DNA of 40,000 nucleotides from Bacillus vallismortis (GTDB lineage: Bacteria > Bacillota > Bacilli > Bacillales > Bacillaceae). Location: contig NZ_CP026362.1 in the NCBI RefSeq assembly GCF_004116955.1, positions 2,163,677 to 2,203,676 on the forward strand, read 5' to 3'. Position numbers and translations under genes: made by a program. Under the pieces are notes generated by a model, which did no database searches, was not told where the DNA came from, and worked only from the letters and a program-made list of their open reading frames with translations. This document shows, in pieces, positions 9,369 to 18,768 of this stretch (within the stretch, counting starts at the first letter, position 1; each line of letters starts with the position of its first letter).

Positions 9369-12300
9369 AAGCTACGACCCCCTTTGTTCCGGTGTTTATG
9401 TCTTTTTGTAACTCATCAAGCAATGCCTGCTTAATTTTCGCTACTAGGCTGTCAGCGTCCTGTCCATTATGGAAATGCTGATCGCCGTTAAACTCAATCT
9501 TAATTTCTTTCGTTCCGGCCGTTTGGATCGTTTGCCGGGTTCCAGAGGTAACGGCTGAAACTTGGCCTGAAGAAAGCTCAGGCTGCTGGGATTGAGATGG
9601 ATCTGTCACTTCCATTCCCAGTGCTTGCGCCGCTTTCTGAAGGAGGTAGCGGCCGCGGATGCCCCGCTCCTCAGGAATGATCCATTCCCGCTTGTTTCCT
9701 TCACCGACACGGGCGATTTGCTCTTTTGTAATCAGTCCGCCGTTGGCATAACCGACGTACGGACCGCCACGTTTCAAGCTTTTAATACCAGGTACATTGT
9801 CAATTGAACCGTATCTGCTTTTGATATATCCTATAGCGGCAGCAGCGTTGTGAATCGGATTTTTAATGTTACCCATACCCGGTGCTTTATGAGCATTGAA
9901 TGTGGTCGGAACTGTCTGCATCAGACCTTGCGATGGATTCCCTGCCTTCGCGTTACTATCCCAAAGGTTAATAGAGTTAGGATTGCCCCCTGATTCATAC
10001 TGTGCAATCGTCATTAATCCTGAAAGCCAGCTTAATGGTGTTTTTGTGGCCATCATTGCAGCCATAAGCCACTGCTTCACATTTCCGCCTACTGCACCCA
10101 TTCCGGAATAAGCAGCCGCCAGTGATCCAGCTTGCTTTTCAGCATATTTTTTCACATCGACAGAATCCAGACCTTTTACAACACCTACAGAGGCAAAGCG
10201 ACCGAGACTCATCATAACTCGAGAAGGCGAATGAATATCTAGCTCTTCACGGAATGCCTTTTCAACTTTTTTCGCGAGTTCCTTGGCAGCTTCATGAACG
10301 TCACTTGCCTTAGAAGTCATACCTGAAACAAAATTCCCGATCATGCCGCTGCCCCAGCCGTTTGAGGATTCCTTCGAACGGACAAACGGTTTATTCACAT
10401 GAGTATTCACGTACTGATCAGTGCCAGTTTGTGAACTATTTTGACCCGAAGCAAACCCTTTGATCGTACCAGTTCCCCATGAAGAGGATTTATTCACAGT
10501 GTTCTGGAATGGTGTTTTGACTTTCGTCTGCAAATAGCCGTCTGTACCGGTTGCAGTGCCGTTTTGACCCTTGGCATACCCGCTTACCATTTGTTTACCG
10601 TAATTGGGTGAAGCAGAAATCATTTGTGTAAATGGCGTATTGATGTTTTTCTTTTTCCAGTCTTCCATATTGACCGGCTCTTTGCTGATGCCTTTGCCAA
10701 TGCCTTCTGAAAATTGCTGTCCGAGTGCGGACGCTTGGCCTGTAAGATTTGCAGTGTCCATTGATGGAGAAGTTGATCCTGATAACGGGCTGGCAGCTGC
10801 TCTTCCCGAGACAGATACCGAACTTCCACCAGAAGACGAAGCGGCTCCCATGTCGTCTACGACTTGCATACCGAGTTTAGACGCCGCTTGTGAAAGAAGC
10901 ATTTTGCCACGGCCTCGGTTGTTATCAACAGGGATAACGAATTCCTTGCCGGCTTCACCGATCCATGAGATGGTTGGTTTGGTGATGTAACCGCCTGTGG
11001 CATTTTTATCCGGATCCTTACCTTTATCCGGATCTCCGCCGCCGGTTACAAAATTGATCACTTTACTAGCTACGCCGCCAGCTTTATCCCAAATTTTCTT
11101 CACCCAGCCGAACGCTTTAGAAAAAGCATCTGAGATGGCTTCTCCAACCTTTGCAAGAGGTTCTTGGATATTCTTTTTAAACCAGCCGCTCAGACCCTTC
11201 CATATCTTCTTGACGGTATCTATTGCTTTTTGGAAAGCGTCAGAAATTCCCTTGCCTACATCTGAGACTGTATTTTTGACCGGGTTCCAAACTGTATTCA
11301 TGAACCATCCCGATACTGTACTGAAAACACTCTTAATCTTATTCCATGCACCAGTCATTTTATCCCAGATTGTGGTTGCCGCTCCGATAACAGCGGATTT
11401 TACTGGCCCCCACACATTGCTCATAAACCAGGATGCAACTGCACTGAACACATTTTTAATCGTCGTCCATGCACCTATAATTTTAGACCAAATGGCTGTA
11501 GCCACACCGACAACCGCCGATGACACAGGTGTCCAGACATTGTCCATAAACCATGTGGATACGGTACTGAAAATGGTTTGTATCGTTGTCCATGCGTTTA
11601 CAATGTTTGACCATATGCTTGTAGCTACGCCCACAACTGCTGATGATACTGGCGTCCAGACATTATCCATAAACCATGTTGATACAGTTCCCCAAGTATC
11701 CTGAATGGCTGACCATGCACTTTGTGCCCCCTCTGTAATGCTGTTCCATGTATCATTTAGAGCGCCAGCATCAATTGCCTTACCTAAACTTTCTCCGCCG
11801 AAAGATCCTGCAATTCCTCCTATTGCACCGCCAATCACTGTCCCGACTCCCGGAACAACACTTCCAATTGCCGCTCCGGCTGCTGCTCCTGCTAGACCTC
11901 CGCCGGCTGAACCTACTTTTTCACCGGCATTATCCTTATTGATTCCGGCTAAGTCAGTAAGAGACAAGATTTCGCCTAATCCTGGGATTCCTTTCGCGGC
12001 TCCTTTTAAGCCCTTCAGTCCCCCCTTCAAACCTTTTGAACCTCCCAATGATTTCAGAAGACCTGAAAAACCTTTACCGGACGCGCCTTTAGCTGCTTTT
12101 GCGGATTTCGGTGTATTCACAGAATTTGTTTTATTGCCTTTCGTTGATGAACCGTTTCTGTTTTTGACTTTTTTGCTTTTGCCTGTACTGATTCCGGCAC
12201 AGCAGCATCCGCAAGCCCTGCCCCATTTTCCGCCTGACTTCTTCGATTTAGAGCCCGACGCTTTTTTGTTCATAGAAGGTTTTTTCGTGCGGTTTGAGTT

Positions 12301-14295
12301 GTTAGAAGTTGCGTTCTTTGTATTGGCTTTTGGTGCTTTTTGTTTCCCTTTGCTTCCGTTGGATTTTCCCCCAAGCAGACCACCAAAATCCAAATTCCCC
12401 AGTTTTTCAGCAATGCCTTTTATAATCTTTTCAAAAAACTCTCCCGCTTTTTCAATAATTTTATCAGGGCTGAATTTCTCAAATTTTTTCGCGATTTTGG
12501 AGACAATGTTATCAACAAACTTTTCCGCTTTATTGGCGATTTTATCCGGGTTCAGAAAATTAAATTTATCCGAGATTTTGTCAATGATATTCGTTACAAA
12601 GTCTTCTGCTTTCGTGATAATGGCATCGGGACTAAATTTGCTCACGATATCATCCACTTTTTTCATAAAGGACTCTGTAAATTTGTCCAATTCATTAAAA
12701 ATCGTTTCCGGGCTGAATTTACTTACGACATCGTCCACCTTTTTCATAAAGGACTCTGTAAATTTGTCCAGCTGCTTAAAAATGGCTTCAGGACTGAATT
12801 TACTTGCGATTTCGTCTACTTTTTTCATAAATGAGCCTGTAAACTTATCCAGCTGCTTAAAAATGGCTTCTGGGCTGAATTTGCTTGCGATTTCGTCTAC
12901 TTTTTTCATAAATGAGCCTGTAAACTTATCTAGCTGTTTAAAAATGGCTTCAGGACTGAATTTACTTGCGATTGCATCTACTTTCTTCATAAAAGAGCCT
13001 GTAAACTTATCCAGCTGTTTTAGAATCGTTTCCGGACTGAACTTTGTCGCAATCGCATCAACCTTACTCATGAACGATGTTGTGAACTTATCCAGTTGTG
13101 CTAGAATTGTCTCCGGACTGAACTTCGTTGCGATTGCATCCACTTTTCCCATAAATGATGTTGTGAACTTATCCAGTTGTGCCACAATTGTCTCCGGACT
13201 GAACTTTGTTGCGATTGCATCCACCTTACTCATCAACGATGTTGTAAACTTATCCAGCTGGGACAGAATCGTTTCTGGGCTGAACCTTGTCGCAATTGCA
13301 TCCACTTTTCCCATAAATGATGTTGTGAACTTATCCAGTTGTGCCACAATTGTCTCCGGACTGAACTTTGTTGCGATTGCATCCACTTTACTCATGAATG
13401 ATGTTGTGAACTTGTCCAGCTGAGTTAACATTGTTTCCGGGCTGAATTTTGTCGCAATCGCATCCACCTTATTCATGAACGATGTTGTAAATTTATCCAG
13501 CTCTGTTAAGATTGTTTCCGGGCTGAATTTTGTGGCGATGTCATCCACTTTTTCCATGAATGATGCAGCAAATTTGTCCAGTGCTGTCAAAATCGGTTCT
13601 GGATCAAACATGCTTGCAATACCACCGGCATTTCCTCCGGTTGAAGGAGCTGCTTTGTCGGGTGAATCTGAGCTTCTTCCCATGCTGTCAATTCTTTTCT
13701 GCAAGGAATCCAGCTTACCTGATACCTTGTCATTAATAGCCAGCTCCAATTTGTTGTCTTTTCCTGTTAAGGCATCAATACCTGCTGAAATGCGACCGAC
13801 TGTTTTCATGACGTGATCAATCACGCGTATCGTAACAGAGTAGCCACTTTGAAGTGCGTTTTGCATATAACGCTGTATTTTTTGAACAGCCGGCGAAATT
13901 TGGTCTTCTGCACTCAGCATGATCGTAAATCCTTTAAATCCCGCAACGAGCTCTCTTAATCGTTCAAACTTTGCTGTTGCTCGGTCATTGGCGCCAATTT
14001 TAATAGATACCGATGCCGGCAATCCCTGCAATTGAGTTTGAACCTTCTGAATGACAGTGCTGGCATCATCCTCAGCCGAAATGGAAATCATTTGGGCGCC
14101 AAGCTTTTTCTTTAATGATTTTTGTATGCGGTCAATTGTCCTTAACACACTTTTGCTCTCTTTTCGTATATCGATAGCCCTATTTCGCTGCGTTACTTTT
14201 CTATACTTTTCAAGCGCTCTAAATCCATTTTGTATCTTTCTTAACTTTTTGCTTACACGGTCTTCCATCTCAAATCTTGCTGTCAGCTTTGCCAA
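9361..14295 (-). CDS. xkdO: Tape measure protein with C-terminal lytic transglycosylase domain, 1644 aa
   Basis: Position after the chaperone genes. Two internal tandem-repeat families, a Gly-rich hydrophobic segment, and an SLT motif ([30 protein letters not shown]). TTG start with SD AGGAGGGG. Confidence 0.9.
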   Translation of the reverse strand: MAKLTARFEMEDRVSKKLRKIQNGFRALEKYRKVTQRNRAIDIRKESKSVLRTIDRIQKSLKKKLGAQMISISAEDDASTVIQKVQTQLQGLPASVSIKIGANDRATAKFERLRELVAGFKGFTIMLSAEDQISPAVQKIQRYMQNALQSGYSVTIRVIDHVMKTVGRISAGIDALTGKDNKLELAINDKVSGKLDSLQKRIDSMGRSSDSPDKAAPSTGGNAGGIASMFDPEPILTALDKFAASFMEKVDDIATKFSPETILTELDKFTTSFMNKVDAIATKFSPETMLTQLDKFTTSFMSKVDAIATKFSPETIVAQLDKFTTSFMGKVDAIATRFSPETILSQLDKFTTSLMSKVDAIATKFSPETIVAQLDKFTTSFMGKVDAIATKFSPETILAQLDKFTTSFMSKVDAIATKFSPETILKQLDKFTGSFMKKVDAIASKFSPEAIFKQLDKFTGSFMKKVDEIASKFSPEAIFKQLDKFTGSFMKKVDEIASKFSPEAIFKQLDKFTESFMKKVDDVVSKFSPETIFNELDKFTESFMKKVDDIVSKFSPDAIITKAEDFVTNIIDKISDKFNFLNPDKIANKAEKFVDNIVSKIAKKFEKFSPDKIIEKAGEFFEKIIKGIAEKLGNLDFGGLLGGKSNGSKGKQKAPKANTKNATSNNSNRTKKPSMNKKASGSKSKKSGGKWGRACGCCCAGISTGKSKKVKNRNGSSTKGNKTNSVNTPKSAKAAKGASGKGFSGLLKSLGGSKGLKGGLKGLKGAAKGIPGLGEILSLTDLAGINKDNAGEKVGSAGGGLAGAAAGAAIGSVVPGVGTVIGGAIGGIAGSFGGESLGKAIDAGALNDTWNSITEGAQSAWSAIQDTWGTVSTWFMDNVWTPVSSAVVGVATSIWSNIVNAWTTIQTIFSTVSTWFMDNVWTPVSSAVVGVATAIWSKIIGAWTTIKNVFSAVASWFMSNVWGPVKSAVIGAATTIWDKMTGAWNKIKSVFSTVSGWFMNTVWNPVKNTVSDVGKGISDAFQKAIDTVKKIWKGLSGWFKKNIQEPLAKVGEAISDAFSKAFGWVKKIWDKAGGVASKVINFVTGGGDPDKGKDPDKNATGGYITKPTISWIGEAGKEFVIPVDNNRGRGKMLLSQAASKLGMQVVDDMGAASSSGGSSVSVSGRAAASPLSGSTSPSMDTANLTGQASALGQQFSEGIGKGISKEPVNMEDWKKKNINTPFTQMISASPNYGKQMVSGYAKGQNGTATGTDGYLQTKVKTPFQNTVNKSSSWGTGTIKGFASGQNSSQTGTDQYVNTHVNKPFVRSKESSNGWGSGMIGNFVSGMTSKASDVHEAAKELAKKVEKAFREELDIHSPSRVMMSLGRFASVGVVKGLDSVDVKKYAEKQAGSLAAAYSGMGAVGGNVKQWLMAAMMATKTPLSWLSGLMTIAQYESGGNPNSINLWDSNAKAGNPSQGLMQTVPTTFNAHKAPGMGNIKNPIHNAAAAIGYIKSRYGSIDNVPGIKSLKRGGPYVGYANGGLITKEQIARVGEGNKREWIIPEERGIRGRYLLQKAAQALGMEVTDPSQSQQPELSSGQVSAVTSGTRQTIQTAGTKEIKIEFNGDQHFHNGQDADSLVAKIKQALLDELQKDINTGTKGVVAFD
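11071..11754 (-). repeat. About 5.5 tandem in-frame 123-bp (41-codon) Trp-rich repeats within xkdO
   Basis: Residues ~848-1075. Unit S(T/G)WFMxNVWxPVxSAVxGxATxIWxxxxxAWxxIxxxFSTV. Confidence 0.85.
12394..13608 (-). repeat. 15 tandem in-frame 81-bp (27-codon) repeats within xkdO
   Basis: Protein residues 230-634 with FSPE at 257, 284, 311 ... 527. Consensus [27 protein letters not shown]. Twelve copies are well conserved and three are degenerate. Confidence 0.9.
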
Positions 14296-14924
14296 TTACG
14301 ATGCCCCTCCTTTCTTTGCTTGTTTTTCAAGAAGATCCAGCTTATAACCGATCAGCCCATACAACAGCGCCTTAAAATTGCGCGGCGCTTCATGCAGTTC
14401 TAATAAATCAGATGGAGAATAATGAAGCTCGTGCATCGCATAGTAGAGATACACGGCTTCTTTATGTCCATCTTTGATTAGTTTTTTGCTTCTTCTTCCA
14501 GGTCTTCTAATTCATCTTCGAAGCCATTAATCTCAATCGCTTTGTTTAACCAGTTTGCGTATTCGCCCCCGACGGACAGGACGCGTTTCGCAACTTCTAC
14601 CGGGTCGGCCGTTTTGTATGCTTCTCGAAGATCTTTTGAGCGGAAGTCAGGATAAACGGTTGATTCCACTGCGATTCGGGCATAAAAGCGCTGGCTGTCT
14701 AAGTCTTTTACACGGCCTCTGCCTTTGACATTTTTATACGTTGTTGTTTCTTTCTCCAATTCATCAATGCGCTCTGTCGTGATCGCTTTAAAAACAAATG
14801 GCACGATGTTCCCTTTTTTATCAACAAAACGCTTTGAGATCGGCACTTTGATTTCCTCAGCTTCAATTGTTTTCCCCGGCATAAAAAAGGAAAGATCATA
14901 TACGTTTTCGTTCTTCTCGCTCAT
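14296..14924 (-). CDS. Predicted -1 frameshift fusion chaperone (xkdN plus a 61-codon extension covering the small ORF region before xkdO)
   Basis: Slippery A_AAA_AAC immediately before the xkdN stop. The -1 frame is open to TAA 14296-14298, abutting the xkdO start. This is the conserved G/GT-type architecture. Confidence 0.6.
14478..14924 (-). CDS. xkdN: Tail assembly chaperone (zero-frame product)
   Basis: Track ORF, 148 aa, between the tube gene and the tape measure. Acidic C-terminus. Confidence 0.88.
   Translation of the reverse strand: MSEKNENVYDLSFFMPGKTIEAEEIKVPISKRFVDKKGNIVPFVFKAITTERIDELEKETTTYKNVKGRGRVKDLDSQRFYARIAVESTVYPDFRSKDLREAYKTADPVEVAKRVLSVGGEYANWLNKAIEINGFEDELEDLEEEAKN
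14481..14487 (-). promoter_or_regulatory. Programmed -1 ribosomal frameshift heptamer A_AAA_AAC
   Basis: Read directly: GAA GCA AAA AAC TAA on the minus strand. Confidence 0.6.
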
Positions 14925-14961
14925 GTAAAAAACTCCCTTATCTTTTAATTGATTTCATCAT

Positions 14962-14992
14962 GTAAAAACAGGCCTTTCTGAGAAAGGCCTGT
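14962..14992 (-). terminator. Terminator-like hairpin after the tube gene xkdM
   Basis: Minus strand reads ACAGGCCTTTC-TCA-GAAAGGCCTGT (11-bp perfect stem) followed by TTTTAC. Confidence 0.45.
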
Positions 14993-15011
14993 ACGGCTTG
15001 TTCAGCTCTCA

Positions 15012-15455
15012 TTAAAACGTGTCAGAAAGCTTTTCAGGCACGTCGAAGTCCTCGAATGTAAATGGAACTTCTTCCTCTAATGCTTCTGAATCGACATCAA
15101 GGCTTGCGATTTTCGCTGAGTCAAAGTTGACGTCGTAAAGCGTGACTCTTTCCGTGCCTCTTCCGGAGGACTTATCATCCAGCACAGCTTGCAGCGTAAA
15201 GTAAGGATCACTGCCTTTTTTGACGTAGTCCATCATCAGGATCACGAATTTTGATGTGACTTTATAGAACGTCGCTGTTCCTGTTCCGTTTGCCCCTGTT
15301 GTTTTATGGCCGGTCATGCGGCGGCCCATAATGTTTACTTCAGACTTGTTTTTCTCGACATTTGCTTCAAATGTTTTGATGTGCGCCATTTCTTCGCCAT
15401 CGAGAAATAAGCGGCCTTCTTTTCCTGAAATTGTGTTTTGCGCTTTTAATGCCAT
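15012..15455 (-). CDS. xkdM: Tail tube protein
   Basis: Track ORF, 147 aa, immediately after the sheath gene. Confidence 0.9.
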   Translation of the reverse strand: MALKAQNTISGKEGRLFLDGEEMAHIKTFEANVEKNKSEVNIMGRRMTGHKTTGANGTGTATFYKVTSKFVILMMDYVKKGSDPYFTLQAVLDDKSSGRGTERVTLYDVNFDSAKIASLDVDSEALEEEVPFTFEDFDVPEKLSDTF

Positions 15456-15456
15456 A

Positions 15457-16857
15457 TTAGTTTACCTCCACATTAAAGTAGAATTTTTCTGCCGCGTCGA
15501 CAGGCTGTACAGCCAAGTCGATCAAGAAGCCGTCACGGTCTTCATTCATGGAAATGGTGATATCTTCATCAGAATCAAAGCCGGTGATGCCGCCCGCATC
15601 CTGAAGAGTTGTCATGTATTGCGTGATCATCGTTTTCACATACTGAAGCCCGTCTTCAGACGCCGGAATATCGCTTCCGCTGCCTTTTCGTGATTTGATT
15701 AAAGTTTTCAGCTCGCGAGTCAAATCATTATTTACAGCGTCCAGAACTCGAACAATTTTATTTTTCGCAAACTTTTTGTTTTTCTCGGCTGTAAATGTGA
15801 CGAGTGAGTTAATGTCTTTTTCTACGCTCACGGATTTATCGCGGGCATCGAATGTGAATAAAAATTCGCCTTTGCCCAGACGTTCAACAATCGCATCGTG
15901 GTCAAGGCGGTGTAACACATCAACAGCGCCTTCATACTCTACAAATGTCAGTGATTGGTTAAAGGTAGCTCCTGCGCTTGCTCCAGCTACCCAAGCCGTT
16001 GCTTTGTCCGGCGGAACTTCCGTGCCATCCTCCAACAGCACACCTTCTGTTACGTTGATGATGCCTTCATAGTCACCGGCATAATTGGCTGTGACCCCTT
16101 GCACTTTTTGTCCTTGGCCGTCGCGCAGGCGCTTAATGAAAGCGGCAAACGTCGCCTTCAGCTGATCACCTTCCGCAACAGGCAGCACAATCACATCAAA
16201 GCTCTCCGTTTCAGCCGCGGCTAAGAAATCTGTATAGTCGGAGTTGACAGGGGCCTTATCCGTACCGCCGGATAAACGGATTCCCGCAGATGCATTCAGT
16301 GTCTCAGCTGAAGTATCTCCTTCTGAACCAGTGAGCGGAATGGTCGAAGAAAGATCGCCTGTTCCAGTAAAGGTGACATAGCCGTTAGCTGTTAATTCTT
16401 CAGCCTTTTTGACCGTCTGCTTATCAACCTCTGATTCATCCATATACGTTGTCACATCAAAAGAAGCAGCATCCAGCACATTTGGGTTGATGCGGATGAT
16501 AATGTCATTGCCTTTTGAACCGCCATATACAGCTGTCGCTTTGACGCCTTCAGCAATATTAGCAGACGCTCGGACACCTTCGGTTAAACGGTACATCAAT
16601 ACCGTTTGTGCATTTTTCTTCGCTTCACGCAAAAGCAATAAGGACGGATCATCAATGCTGAGGCCCACTTTTTTGTTTAGGTCCTCAACACTGGAAATGG
16701 AAACGAACGTTTTCGCTTCGCCCCAGCTTGATGCGACTGGAAGCGCGACAGTTCCCCGCTCACCGAGTGACACCCGCTCCTGTGCTGTCGTTTTAAAGTT
16801 AAAATAAATGCCTGCACGTTCTTTTTCTTTGCCTGTTGTAAATGTTCCGCCATTCAT
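15457..16857 (-). CDS. xkdK: Contractile tail sheath protein
   Basis: Track ORF, 466 aa. Size and position typical of a phage tail sheath. Confidence 0.93.
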   Translation of the reverse strand: MNGGTFTTGKEKERAGIYFNFKTTAQERVSLGERGTVALPVASSWGEAKTFVSISSVEDLNKKVGLSIDDPSLLLLREAKKNAQTVLMYRLTEGVRASANIAEGVKATAVYGGSKGNDIIIRINPNVLDAASFDVTTYMDESEVDKQTVKKAEELTANGYVTFTGTGDLSSTIPLTGSEGDTSAETLNASAGIRLSGGTDKAPVNSDYTDFLAAAETESFDVIVLPVAEGDQLKATFAAFIKRLRDGQGQKVQGVTANYAGDYEGIINVTEGVLLEDGTEVPPDKATAWVAGASAGATFNQSLTFVEYEGAVDVLHRLDHDAIVERLGKGEFLFTFDARDKSVSVEKDINSLVTFTAEKNKKFAKNKIVRVLDAVNNDLTRELKTLIKSRKGSGSDIPASEDGLQYVKTMITQYMTTLQDAGGITGFDSDEDITISMNEDRDGFLIDLAVQPVDAAEKFYFNVEVN

Positions 16858-17072
16858 GATGACATGACCTCCTTGGTTAGAAATGTTTGAATCAATCGAT
16901 TGGCTTCTGATTTCGTCATACGTGTTTGATCCACGCCAAATAAAGCCCCCTGAAGGATATCCGGCTTAACGCCGAACAGCTCCTTCGCGTGCTTAATCAA
17001 ATCCGCTGTATCAAAAAGAGCTTCCCGGCTCTCTGTATGTACAGCCTTCTTCTGTTGTTTGTTCTTTGCCAC
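16854..17072 (-). CDS. Small conserved PBSX protein (72 aa)
   Basis: Track ORF, GTG start. The 4-nt overlap with the xkdK start suggests translational coupling. Confidence 0.65.
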   Translation of the reverse strand: MAKNKQQKKAVHTESREALFDTADLIKHAKELFGVKPDILQGALFGVDQTRMTKSEANRLIQTFLTKEVMSS

Positions 17073-17075
17073 CGC

Positions 17076-17516
17076 TTATTTCACCCCGCTGTTCATGTCG
17101 ATATCCTGTAAGACAGGCTGTTCTGATTTGTGATAATAATATCGGCTGCTCCACCTGATCACCATGACCGCCTCGCCCCTGTCTCCTACCCTAGTCTCGA
17201 TTCGGGTAATGCGAACCATATCCCGCGTCTTCTCACCGGATTCATTGAGCAGCGGAACCATGTTTCTCGCCTCTCGGATGGCATCCGCGAGCCTGTCCGC
17301 TTCATCCAGCGCCTGAACGGAGTCATGATGAAACAGCTTCACATTGAGACTGTAGGTTTTTTTAAATGTGGAGACCGTATCTGTTTCCTCGAAAACAGAT
17401 GGCGATGGGACGTATAACGACGGCACCTGAAACTGATCAGGCAGCTCTCGTTCATATATGGGAACAGACCACTGGCTGTATAAAAACGCCATGATCGATC
17501 CTGTTTCGCTGTTCAT
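17076..17516 (-). CDS. xkdJ: Tail completion / tail terminator-like protein
   Basis: Track ORF, 146 aa. SD AAAGGAGG. Confidence 0.85.
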   Translation of the reverse strand: MNSETGSIMAFLYSQWSVPIYERELPDQFQVPSLYVPSPSVFEETDTVSTFKKTYSLNVKLFHHDSVQALDEADRLADAIREARNMVPLLNESGEKTRDMVRITRIETRVGDRGEAVMVIRWSSRYYYHKSEQPVLQDIDMNSGVK

Positions 17517-17528
17517 CCTGCTCCTCCT

Positions 17529-18014
17529 TTACAGCTTCTTCAGCCACTGGCGCCATTTGCTTTCCAGCGATGTTTCAAACAGCTGTTCATATAAAAGCAG
17601 CGCATGGTCCCAGTAGCTTGTGCCCGGAATCCATTTTTTCTTGAGTGCCATTCCCGTGGAAGCGGCGGGATCATAAATAAACCGCGCACCTTGAAAATGC
17701 CCCGGCACCCATCTGACATTTTCTTGTGACGTCCAATGGCCGTCATTCAGAAATGAAGCGTAATCAAGCTGTGTCCCCACCTCAAGCGAAAGCCCTCCGC
17801 TTTGCGCAATCCAGAGATTGTCCTCCGCGCCTTTTTGAAAGGAGCTGAGCAGTTTTTCTGTATCAATCGTTTGTGTGCTGATCAGTTCAGATTGAACGAT
17901 TTCCAGAAAATCTTGCCCGCACTCCTCAAGCCAGCGGGACGCCTGATGTGAAAAGCCGCCTGATGCCGCTTTTTTTAATGATGTATTTAGCTGTTTCAGC
18001 CCCGCTATTTTCAT
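17529..18014 (-). CDS. xkdI: Head-tail joining protein (HK97 gp10-like)
   Basis: Track ORF, 161 aa. ATGA overlap with xkdH. Confidence 0.83.
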   Translation of the reverse strand: MKIAGLKQLNTSLKKAASGGFSHQASRWLEECGQDFLEIVQSELISTQTIDTEKLLSSFQKGAEDNLWIAQSGGLSLEVGTQLDYASFLNDGHWTSQENVRWVPGHFQGARFIYDPAASTGMALKKKWIPGTSYWDHALLLYEQLFETSLESKWRQWLKKL

Positions 18015-18367
18015 AGGCTTTCATCCCTAACCGCGATGACTTCCCAATGATGATGTCTGATCCTTTTCGGCAGCTTTAGTATATATTGATGATTCTCCCA
18101 AATGATTTTATCGTTCACGCGGATGTCCGCTGACAACGGAAAATGGACGAGAAAGCTATGGTATACAGTTTGATCCGGTTCTTCCTGAATCAGCTGCTGC
18201 GTTTTTTCGGTAAAATAGCAAGGAACACCTTGTTCATCGGGTATGTCCGGATAGGAAATCACCGGCTGCAGCTTATCGGCCGGAATTCCGAATCGGCCTG
18301 CAGACGGCGCTTTTGTTGCTTCATGATAAATGTCGCAGCGGTGAATGAGCATGTGCTGATAGCTCAT
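18011..18367 (-). CDS. xkdH: Head closure / head-tail adaptor protein
   Basis: Track ORF, 118 aa. Overlaps both neighbouring genes. Confidence 0.83.
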   Translation of the reverse strand: MSYQHMLIHRCDIYHEATKAPSAGRFGIPADKLQPVISYPDIPDEQGVPCYFTEKTQQLIQEEPDQTVYHSFLVHFPLSADIRVNDKIIWENHQYILKLPKRIRHHHWEVIAVRDESL

Positions 18368-18747
18368 AAAGACCTCACCTTCAGTCTGGAGGACTCGGGA
18401 AAGTAGCCAGGCGTGATAAACGCTTCGAGCAAATGATACACCTCTGGCCGCTGAATGCCTCCGTCTCCGGACATCGTGTAAGAATAATCCCCCATTTTTT
18501 CAGACTGATAGCTTGATGAGGCTGATTCATCGCTGTTTACAAGCGCAAAATACTGGGCTAGTTTCAGCAAAGCCAATTTCGCCTTGTCGGGCAGCGGGTC
18601 ATAAACGCTGTCTTCAAAGCGGTGGCCCGTGATGAGGGCCGCTTCCGCTTCCGCCTCGATGATATCCTGTGCCAGCAGTTCTTCCGGCCTGTTTTTCACT
18701 CGATCAAAGACCGAATAGGAGGCTACGTCAGTCGGTTCAATGAGCAT
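18364..18747 (-). CDS. Head-tail connector (gp6-like) protein, 127 aa
   Basis: Track ORF directly after the major capsid gene. SD GGGGTGG-N7-ATG. Confidence 0.78.
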   Translation of the reverse strand: MLIEPTDVASYSVFDRVKNRPEELLAQDIIEAEAEAALITGHRFEDSVYDPLPDKAKLALLKLAQYFALVNSDESASSSYQSEKMGDYSYTMSGDGGIQRPEVYHLLEAFITPGYFPESSRLKVRSL

Positions 18748-18768
18748 GAGCTGACCACCCCGTTTCTA

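Noticed and set aside
10997-13423. Long plus-strand ORFs (235 aa and 572 aa) antisense to xkdO
   Set aside because: They are repetitive, low-complexity mirror images of the xkdO repeats, with no SD. Stop-free antisense frames are expected in tandem coding repeats.
12394-13608. Regularly spaced 81-bp repeats that might look like a CRISPR array
   Set aside because: There are no unique spacers. The units are contiguous, in frame and translate to a conserved 27-aa motif inside a 1644-aa ORF, and no cas genes are present.
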